Shown piece by piece: positions 9,605 through 17,800 of a stretch of 41,196 bases of DNA. Source of the DNA: an uncultured bacterium (lineage in GTDB: Bacteria; Lernaellota; Lernaellaia; Lernaellales; Lernaellaceae); assembly GCA_964534375.1 (NCBI GenBank), contig CAZHPN010000033.1, positions 1-41,196 of the forward strand. The letters run 5' to 3'. Made by a program: the position numbers and the translations under genes. A model generated the notes under the pieces. The model saw nothing but the letters and a program-made list of their open reading frames with translations. It was not told the DNA's origin and ran no database searches. Within the stretch, counting starts at the first letter, position 1, and each line of letters opens with the position of its first letter.

Positions 9605-9633
9605 TTGACTTGCTGTTTTTGCAGCGGTATGAG
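9605..9633 (+). promoter_or_regulatory. Possible sigma70 promoter for kai operon
   Basis: TTGACT-17 bp-TATGAG about 60 nt upstream of kaiC ATG; weak -10. Confidence 0.3.
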
Positions 9634-9691
9634 TGAGTTCCATTCTCAAACATGCACGCAAGCGGAATTTCATTTTTTCGAGGAGCGCAAC

Positions 9692-11431
9692 ATGGCCCGG
9701 AAAAAGCCGGAAATCGATGCGGATCAGAAATCACTTCCCAAATGCCCTACTGGCATCGCCGGCCTGGATGCCGTGACCAACGGCGGGCTGCCGCGCGGCC
9801 GCCCAACGCTCGTTTGCGGCGAAGCCGGGTGCGGCAAAACGCTGCTGGCGATGGAGTTCCTCGTTCGCGGCGCGGCGATGGGCGAACCGGGCGTTTTCGT
9901 CTCTTTCGAAGAGCGGCCCGAGGACCTAATTCAGAACGTCGAATCGCTGCATTTCGACGCCGCCAAACTCGTCGCGGAGAATAAACTCGCTTTCGAGTAC
10001 GTCTACGTCGAACGCAGCGAAATCGAAGAAACCGGCGAATACGATCTCGAAGCGCTGTTCATCCGCCTCGCCGCGGCGATCGAAGCGGTGGGCGCCAAAC
10101 GCATCGCGCTCGACACGCTCGAGGCGCTGTTCGCGGGCCTTGGCAACGAAGGCATTCTGCGCGCCGAGTTGCGGCGGCTGTTCCGCTGGTTGAAGGAAAA
10201 AGGCCTGACCGCCGTGATCACCGCCGAGAGCGGCGAAAAGACGCTGACCCGCCACGGCATGGAGGAATACGTTTCCGACTGCGTGATCGTGCTCGACCAC
10301 CGCCTCGTCAACCAGATGGCCACGCGCCGCCTGCGGGTGGTCAAATACCGCGGCTCGGCGCACCAGACCAACGAATACCCGTTCCTGATCGACGACGCCG
10401 GCTTTTCCGTGCTGCCGGTCACGTCGCTGGGGCTCGATTACGCGGTTTCGAGCGAACGTGTCACGACCGGCCTGCCCCGGCTCGACACCATGCTCGGCGG
10501 CGGCGGGTATTACCGCGGTTCGAGCGTGCTGGTCTCCGGCACGTCCGGCACCGGCAAGTCTTCGATGGCCGGCTTCTTCGTCGACTCGACGTGCCGGCGG
10601 GGCGAACGCGCGCTGTATTTCGCGTTCGAAGAATCGCCGGACCAGATCATGCGGAACATGCGGTCCATCGGGCTCGACCTGAAAAAATGGGTCGATAAAG
10701 GCCTGCTTCATTTCCAGGCCGCGCGACCTACGTTGTACGGTATGGAAACGCACCTCACCGCCCTCTACAAAGCGATTCGCGATTATCAGCCCACTTGCGT
10801 AGTCGTCGACCCGATCACGAGCTTCCTGCACACGAGCGACGCGATCGAAACGAATGCCATTCTCCTGCGGCTGATCGGCCTCGCCAAAAGCGAGCAGATC
10901 ACCACGATGTTCACCAGCCTGACGCCCGGCGGCTCGGTCGCGGAAAGCACGCAGATCGGCGTTTCGTCGCTGATGGACACGTGGATCGGCATCGCCGTGC
11001 TCGAAGCCAACGGCGAGCGCAACCGCCTCATGTGGGTGCTCAAATCGCGCGGCATGGCCAATTCGAACCAGGTGCGCGAGTTCCTGATCAGCGACGACGG
11101 CATCGAACTCGCGGACGTGTACATCGGCGCGGGCACGGTCCTCACCGGGTCGGCGCGGGTGGCGCAGGCGGCGCGGGAAAAAGCGGAGGCGGAAGCGCTG
11201 AGCAACGAGTTGGCGCGCAAGAAACGCGACCTCGAAAGCGAGCGCGCGGTGACCGAGGCGAAAATTGCGGCGTTGCAGGCCAGATTTACGGCGCGCGAGT
11301 TGGAATTCCAACAATTCGCCGAGCAAGACCGGCTGCGCGAGGCTGCGGCGGCCGATGAACGCGATAAGCTCGCCGCCCTGCGGCGGGCGGACGCGCCGAC
11401 GTCAAAGCGCGGCGGGAGGAAGCCGAAATGA
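9692..11431 (+). CDS. kaiC: Circadian clock protein KaiC (double RecA domain; KaiC2-like)
   Basis: Walker A GEAGCGKT and [11 protein letters not shown] motifs, [25 protein letters not shown] phosphosite region, C-terminal coiled coil; GAGGAG RBS. Confidence 0.95.
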   Translation: MARKKPEIDADQKSLPKCPTGIAGLDAVTNGGLPRGRPTLVCGEAGCGKTLLAMEFLVRGAAMGEPGVFVSFEERPEDLIQNVESLHFDAAKLVAENKLAFEYVYVERSEIEETGEYDLEALFIRLAAAIEAVGAKRIALDTLEALFAGLGNEGILRAELRRLFRWLKEKGLTAVITAESGEKTLTRHGMEEYVSDCVIVLDHRLVNQMATRRLRVVKYRGSAHQTNEYPFLIDDAGFSVLPVTSLGLDYAVSSERVTTGLPRLDTMLGGGGYYRGSSVLVSGTSGTGKSSMAGFFVDSTCRRGERALYFAFEESPDQIMRNMRSIGLDLKKWVDKGLLHFQAARPTLYGMETHLTALYKAIRDYQPTCVVVDPITSFLHTSDAIETNAILLRLIGLAKSEQITTMFTSLTPGGSVAESTQIGVSSLMDTWIGIAVLEANGERNRLMWVLKSRGMANSNQVREFLISDDGIELADVYIGAGTVLTGSARVAQAAREKAEAEALSNELARKKRDLESERAVTEAKIAALQARFTARELEFQQFAEQDRLREAAAADERDKLAALRRADAPTSKRGGRKPK

Positions 11432-11784
11432 TTGCCGAGGCAACCGAAAAAGGGAAAAAGGCGAAGAGCAAGACCAAAGCCAAATCGGCCCGGCCGGCTG
11501 CACCAGACGAGGATTTCTGGGAATTGCGGCTCTACGTGGCGGGGAAAACCAGCCGCTCGGTCCTCGCGCTGGAAAACCTGAAACGGATTTGCAACGAGCG
11601 CCTCGCGGGGAAATACCGGATCGAAGTAATCGACCTGATCAAGAACCCCGCGCTGGCGAAAGGCGATCAGATTCTCGCCCTGCCGACGTTGGTGCGCCGG
11701 CTGCCCGAACCCGTGCGCAAGATCATCGGCGACTTGTCGAACGAAGAACGCGTGCTCGTGGGCCTCGACCTGCGCCCGCGGTAA
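11428..11784 (+). CDS. kaiB: KaiB protein (copy 1)
   Basis: [42 protein letters not shown] overlap with kaiC. Confidence 0.93.
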   Translation: MIAEATEKGKKAKSKTKAKSARPAAPDEDFWELRLYVAGKTSRSVLALENLKRICNERLAGKYRIEVIDLIKNPALAKGDQILALPTLVRRLPEPVRKIIGDLSNEERVLVGLDLRPR

Positions 11785-11796
11785 GGAGTTCCTACG

Positions 11797-12168
11797 ATGG
11801 CCAAGGCCGCCTCGACAGAAAAAAAGAAACTCGAAAAAGTCGTTGACGAAAGCGCGCCCGAGCAGGGCCAACCGCTGTGTTACGTCCTGCGCCTGTACGT
11901 CACGGGCATTACGCCCAACTCGCGTCGGGCGGTCGAAAATGTCCGCCGCATTTGCGAGGAGCACCTGAAAGGCCGTTATGAACTGGAAGTGATCGACATT
12001 TACCGTTATCCCGGCCTCGCCAGCGGCGAGCAAATTTTGGCGGCGCCGACGCTCATCAAAAAACTGCCTTTGCCCCTGCGGCGGCTGATCGGCGATATGT
12101 CCAACGAGGAAAAAGTGCTGTTCGGTCTGGATCTGCGCCCGGTCGCCGAATCCGGAGCGAAAAAATGA
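11797..12168 (+). CDS. kaiB: KaiB protein (copy 2)
   Basis: LRLYVTG.TPNS, LEVIDI, QILAAPTLIKKLPLPLRRLIGDMS; AAGGAG RBS. Confidence 0.93.
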   Translation: MAKAASTEKKKLEKVVDESAPEQGQPLCYVLRLYVTGITPNSRRAVENVRRICEEHLKGRYELEVIDIYRYPGLASGEQILAAPTLIKKLPLPLRRLIGDMSNEEKVLFGLDLRPVAESGAKK

Positions 12169-14258
12169 GCAAGGGCGACGGCCAACGGCGCGGCGCCGGC
12201 GACACCGCGCTTCGGGCGGAAAACGAGGAATTGCGCGCGCGTCTGGCCGAGGCGCGGGAAACGCTGCGGGCGATTCAGGAAGGCGAGGTCGACGCGCTCG
12301 TCGTCAACACGCCCGCCGGCCCGACGGTGTTTTCGCTCAAGACCGCCGACCTGCCCTACCGCGAGATCGTCGAAACGATGAACGAGGGCGCGCTGACGGT
12401 CGGCCGCGACGGCGCGATCCTATACGCCAACGACCGCTTTTTCGAGATGGTCAAAGCCGCGCCCGGCGGCGTGTTCGGCAAAACGTTCGCCGAGTTTGTG
12501 GCGGAAAAAGATCGCGAACGGCTGGCGGCGTTTCTGAGCGGCAGCGTCGATGCGCCGGCGCGCGAACGCCTCGAACTTTTGGCCGTAGACGGCTCCCGTG
12601 CGGTCGTCCAGGTTTCTTCGCGCGTCTTGCCCGAGCAAGGGCCGGCGGCCGTTTGCCTGATCCTCTCCGATGTTTCCTCGCTGGAACGGGCGCACGCCGA
12701 GATCGCCGATCGCCGCAAGCACGAAGCGGAATTGCGCGAGCAGCGCGAGTGGCTGCGGGTGACGCTGGCCAGCATCGGCGATGCGGTCCTGGCCGCCGAC
12801 ACCGAGGGGCGCATCACCTTGCTGAACCCGGTCGCGGCCGCGCTGACGGGCTGGACGGACGAAGAGGCGCGCGGACGGCCGCACGGTGAAGTCCTTCGAC
12901 TCATCGTTGAAGACACGCGCGAGCCCGGCGAGGATATCGTGGCGCGCGTGCTGCGCGAGAACAAAATCTTCATGCTCGCGAACCACTCGGCGCTGATCGC
13001 GCGCGACGGGCGCGTGATCCCGGTCGAAGACAGCGCGGCGCCGATCCGGGATGCCGCCGGGAAGACGGTGGGCGTGGTGCTGGTGTTTCACGACGTGACC
13101 GAAAAACGCCGCGCGATCGAAGCCCTCGCCGAGAGCGAGGCGCGATTCCGCCACGCCGAACAGGTCGCCAACGTCGGCCACTGGGAATGGGAGATTTCGA
13201 CGGGCGCGGTCCATTGGTCGGACCAGGTGTTTCGACAAGTGGGCGAAGAGCCCGCCTCGTTTGCGCCGACCTATGACGACCTGCTGCGGCGCATTCACTC
13301 GGACGACCGCGCGGTTTTTACGACAATCGTCGAGCGCGCGCTGGCCGACCATTTGCCGTACGAACTGGAGTTCCGCATCGTTCGTCCGGACGGAACGATC
13401 CGCGTCTTGCACGCGCGCGGCGAAGTCATTTGCGACGCCGAGGCGCGGCCGCAACGCGTGATCGGCGTCAGTCTGGACATCACGGAACGCCAGCGGGCCG
13501 AGGCGGCATTGCAGGAGATGAACGCCACGCTCGAACGGCGCGTGCAGGAGCGCACGGCCGAGTTGGAATTGCGGGCGCTGCAACTGCGGGCCCTGGCGGC
13601 GCAACTGGTGCACACCGAAGACCAGGAACGAAAACGGCTGGCGACGGTGCTGCACGATCATCTGCAACAATTGTTAGTGGCGGCGAAGTTCGGCGCTTCC
13701 TCGTTGCAGCAGGAGGTCGAGGAACCGACCCACAAAGACGCGGCGCAGCGCGTGCTCGATCTCATCGCGCAAGCGATCGACGCCAGCCGCTCGCTGACGG
13801 CGGAACTTTCGCCGCCGGTCCTGCACGATGCCGGCTTGGCGGCCGGGTTGCAGTGGCTGACCCGCTGGATGCGCGAAAAACACGGCCTGACGGTCGAGGT
13901 GACGGCCCCCGCGCAGCGGCTCCCGATGCCGGATGACTGGCGGCTGATGCTGTTCCAGGCCGCGCGGGAGCTCTTGTTCAACGTCGCGAAGCACGCGGGC
14001 GTGAACACCGCGACGGTCACGCTGACCCGCGACGGCGAGCGCTTGCGCCTGGTCGTCGCCGACCAAGGCCGCGGCTTCGACCCCGGCGCGGTCGCCGCCG
14101 CCGACGGCGGCGGCTTCGGCCTGTTCAGCGTGCAGGAGCGCCTCGCCCATCTCGGCGGCAGCGTGGAAATCGACAGCGCGCCCGGCCGCGGGACGCGCGT
14201 CGTCGTCTCGGCGCCGATTCTGCATCCGGTCGGCGCCGCGGCGGATGATGAGGGATGA
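12165..14258 (+). CDS. PAS x3 HisKA_3 sensor histidine kinase, cotranscribed with kaiCBB
   Basis: ATGA overlap with kaiB copy 2; PAS repeats, ERKRLATVLHDHLQQ, ELLFNVAKHAG, DQGRGF, GFGLFSVQER; no receiver. Confidence 0.92.
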   Translation: MSKGDGQRRGAGDTALRAENEELRARLAEARETLRAIQEGEVDALVVNTPAGPTVFSLKTADLPYREIVETMNEGALTVGRDGAILYANDRFFEMVKAAPGGVFGKTFAEFVAEKDRERLAAFLSGSVDAPARERLELLAVDGSRAVVQVSSRVLPEQGPAAVCLILSDVSSLERAHAEIADRRKHEAELREQREWLRVTLASIGDAVLAADTEGRITLLNPVAAALTGWTDEEARGRPHGEVLRLIVEDTREPGEDIVARVLRENKIFMLANHSALIARDGRVIPVEDSAAPIRDAAGKTVGVVLVFHDVTEKRRAIEALAESEARFRHAEQVANVGHWEWEISTGAVHWSDQVFRQVGEEPASFAPTYDDLLRRIHSDDRAVFTTIVERALADHLPYELEFRIVRPDGTIRVLHARGEVICDAEARPQRVIGVSLDITERQRAEAALQEMNATLERRVQERTAELELRALQLRALAAQLVHTEDQERKRLATVLHDHLQQLLVAAKFGASSLQQEVEEPTHKDAAQRVLDLIAQAIDASRSLTAELSPPVLHDAGLAAGLQWLTRWMREKHGLTVEVTAPAQRLPMPDDWRLMLFQAARELLFNVAKHAGVNTATVTLTRDGERLRLVVADQGRGFDPGAVAAADGGGFGLFSVQERLAHLGGSVEIDSAPGRGTRVVVSAPILHPVGAAADDEG

Positions 14259-14324
14259 TGGGTTATCGGTTTATCCGCAGATGACTTAGCGCTGCCTTCG
14301 GCCGCAACCAAATGATTTTTCTTT

Positions 14325-14441
14325 AGCCGCAGATTGCGCAGATTGGCGCAGATTTGCGGGCCGGGAAATCGAAATTTCGGCGGCCGAAATTTCGCCCCGG
14401 CCCGCCACGCTAATCTGCGTTCATCGGCGTAATCTGCGGTT
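14325..14441. repeat. Inverted ~9-mer arrays (CGCAGATT-type) around an internal palindrome
   Basis: agccgcagattgcgcagattggcgcagatt ... aatctgcgttcatcggcgtaatctgcggtt; GAAATTTCG-cggc-CGAAATTTC in between. Confidence 0.75.
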
Positions 14442-14647
14442 GTATTCAACTTTCCAAATTCTTCGCGCCGAGCGAAGAAATTCGCGGATAGTAGTACAGA
14501 TAGCACAGAGCTTTCTGATTTCCCATTTGATAAGTCAAGTTTCTCGAGAGGAGCGACAAGTCCGATAGAGACTGTCGACAAATTGCCCGCGCCCGCCGAC
14601 CGCCGATGGCTGCGAATTGGAAGTCTTTGGGGCGCGCAGACCGAAAT

Positions 14648-14718
14648 GTTGAATGGCGAATGGCGAATTTCGGGCGGCGTCGGCAATTCGGCATTCGCCA
14701 TTCGCCATTCGCCATTGA
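14648..14718. repeat. Inverted 7-mer arrays (GAATGGC)n / (CATTCGC)n
   Basis: gaatggcgaatggcgaat...cattcgccattcgccattcgccatt. Confidence 0.8.
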
Positions 14719-14736
14719 GCGGGCGACGAGTACGAC

Positions 14737-14780
14737 GGGCAGGCACGGGGGCCTCGGGCAGGCACGGGGCGTGCCCCTAC
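14737..14780 (-). repeat. GTAG-type REP-like palindrome with partial duplication
   Basis: Minus strand GTAGGGGCACGCCCCGTGCCTGCCC; GGGCAGGCACGGGG occurs twice. Confidence 0.6.
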
Positions 14781-14800
14781 GCCGGGCGCCGGCCACCCGG

Positions 14801-14831
14801 CTGTTCGCGGTTCGCTGTTCGCTGTTCACTG
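14801..14831. repeat. (CTGTTCG)n 7-mer array overlapping kinase stop
   Basis: ctgttcg cggttcg ctgttcg ctgttca ctg. Confidence 0.75.
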
Positions 14832-17800
14832 TGCTGCGTCGCGGATCGCCTTCAACAAGTCTTCCATCGGGCCGTCTTTGACCAGGTAACGCACGGCGCC
14901 GGCGGCGCGCATCTGCGCGGCCATGTCGGCCTGCGCATGCATAGACAGGCCAATGACGCGGACGCTGGGCATCTCGGCCAGGAGAACGCGCGTCGCGTCG
15001 ATCCCGCTCATGACCGGCATCGAGACGTCCATCAGCACGACATCGGGATTCAGCAGCCGCGCGAGGTCGAGCGCCTGCCGACCGTCTGCGGCCTCGCCCA
15101 CGACGGCGAGACTCGGCTCTTTGCGCAGCAATTCCACGAGGCCTTTGCGCACGACCGTGTGGTCGTCGGCCACGAGCACCCGAATCGCACCGGCCGCGGC
15201 CGGCGCGGGCTCGTGCGCCGTGGCGGCGGAAACCGCCGGCGACAAGGGGGGCGCCGGCAGCGGCGCGATAGGCGCGGTCAGCACGATGCGCGTGCCGGCG
15301 CCGGGAGCGCTTTCGATTTCGAGGCCGCCGTCGATGGAAGCGAGCCGCTCGCGAATATTGAACAAGCCGAAACTGCCGGGGGTGTTCCCGGCGGCCAGGG
15401 CGGCGGCGTCGAAACCCTTCCCTTGATCGGCCACGACGACCGTCAAATTCCGGCCGTCGTCGTGCGTCATCGTCACCCGCGCGCTCGTCACGCCCGCGTG
15501 CTTGGCGACGTTGAACAGCAATTCGCGAACGGCCTGGAAGGCCATCAACCGCAGGTCGTCGGGCAGATCGAAAGGCTCGTCCGGCGCCGCCACCTCCACG
15601 GTGAGGCCGTGCTTCTCGTGCATCCACCGCGCCAGCCACAGCAACCCGGCCCCCAAACCGCGGTCGTGCAAGATGGGCGGCGAAAGCTCGGCGGTGAGCG
15701 AGCGGCTGGCGTCGATCGATTGCCCAAGTAAATCCAGCACGCGCGCGGCCTCCGCGTTGAGGTCCGGCGCGGTCAGCCGATGCCGCAGCGACGAGGCGCT
15801 GAACTTCGCCGCCACCAGCAATTGCTGCAAATGGTCGTGAAGCAACGTCGCCAGGCGCTTTCGTTCACGATCTTCCGCCTGCCCCAGTTCCGCCGCGAGC
15901 GCCCGCAGTTGCGTCGCCCGCCGTTGCAATTCCGCCGTGCGTTCGCGGACGCGCTGTTCGAGCGAAACATTGACGTCGCGCAATTCGTCCTCGGCGGCGA
16001 ACTTGGACAGCGCGACGGCCAGATAATCCGCGAGCCGCTCCCATAGCGCGATGATTTCGGGAGAGAACCGGCCGGTTTGTTTGTCGTTCAACTGCAGCAG
16101 GCCCAGCGTCCGCCCGCCGGCCCGCAACCCGAGCAAAGCGACCGACTCGTAGCCCTCGCCGTTGCAGCGGTTTCGCGTGCGGGCCTGCCGATCGGCGTCG
16201 GTAGTGGTCGCCAACAACCGCGACGTGTTGTTGGACCAAAAGTCGCCGTTGGCCGTGAAGAAGGGCTGGGCCGGATCGAACCGGCCGCAAATGACGTTGC
16301 CGCACATGCATTCCAGAACCGGATCGCCCAGGCTGTCGAGAATCGGCTGCCCGTTTTCGTCGCAGGAGCAGAGATTGTTTTCCAAAAGAACGTGCTCCGG
16401 CGGGAAACCCTTGGTTTCGTAATAGGGATAATCGTGTTCGCGCCGGAGTCGGATGCCGACGGCCTCGCAACCCGATTTTTGCCGAAAGAATTCCGTGGCG
16501 GCGCGGATCAGCTCGCTCGTGCTTTTGCTCGCATTGATCAGCCGCAGGAACTCGGCGGCGGTTTCGCGCTCGGCCTCGGCGCGCTTCTGGTCGGTGATGT
16601 CGCGCGCATACAGATTCACGTATCCCCGCTCGGGAACCGGCGCCAGCAACACGGAATAGCTGCGGCCCGGCAGGTCGATTTCGTGCGCCATCGGCTGGCC
16701 GGCCGCCAGCGTTTCGGCGACCATGCGGCGCAACGCCTCCGGAACCTGCCGGCCGGCCGCGGGAACGCCCCAGTGCCGCAACATCTCCTGGCTCGCGTCG
16801 TTGCAATAGAGGATGCGGCCATCGTCGGCAAGGCGGCAAACGGGCTGCGGGTTTTCCTCCGGGAATCGCGACAAATCCTCGATCTGTTCGGCCGCGCGCT
16901 TGCGCTCGGTGATGTCCCGAACGATGGACACCGAGCCGATGATGTTCCCCGCCCCGTCGCGCACCGGGGCGGCGTTGACCTCGCGATGGCGCAGTTCGCC
17001 CGTGGCGGGCGTGCGCACAATCTCTTCCTGACCGCGGATAATTTCGCCGGCGAGAGCGCGCAGCGGCGGCGTTTCCTCGACCGGGCGCGGCGTGCCGTCG
17101 GGGCGCAGCACTTCGAGGCTCGCCGCGAACTTTTCCACATCGATGCCGCCGGCCACGCCGGCGCCGAATTCGCGCACCGCCGCCGGGTTGGCCAGCGTAA
17201 ATTGTTTATGGGAATCCGCGAACCAGACTTCGTCGCCGATGCTGTTGACCAGCGCCGAGAGCCGCTCTTTCTCGGCCTGCACGGCCGCCATCAAGCGTTG
17301 CGTCTCCTCCTCCGCCAGCTTGAGTTCGGTCCGGTTCACCGCGGCAATGCCGATGCCGGCGACGGCCCCGGCCGCGTCGCGCAACGGCTCCATGTAGAGG
17401 TCCAAGTAGATGCGTTGGCCGGCCGAGGTCAGCCACAAATTCTGCCGTACGGTCTCGCCCGCCAGCACGAGGCGCTTCGCCGCCGTCAGTTCGTCCGCCT
17501 CGTTGGGGAACAGGTCGAAATCGGTTTTGCCGATGACCTCGTCCGTGCGCCGGGTCTGCTGATTGTACGTCCAGGTGTAACGCAATTCGCGATCGAGCGT
17601 CGAAACGATCACCGGCGCAGGCGTCAACGCGAGCCGGAAGCGCTCCTCGCTCGCGCGCAAGGCGTCGGCCGCCAGCTTGCTGTCGGTGATGTCCTGCACG
17701 GTGCCGACGAAACTCGTCGCCCGCCGGCCGGCCCCTTCGCCGGCGAAGCTCGCGACCCCGTGCGCTTCGATCCAGCGCACGGCGCCGTCGGGCCGGCGGA

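Noticed and set aside
9362..9691. N-terminal extensions of the 7211-9673 and 9605-11431 ORFs as called in the ORF track
   Set aside because: They overlap each other; better RBS-backed ATGs lie at 9361 and 9692, leaving a divergent promoter region
9692..14258. Complete cyanobacterial-type KaiABC oscillator
   Set aside because: No KaiA or SasA-like ORF; KaiC has SS rather than ST sites
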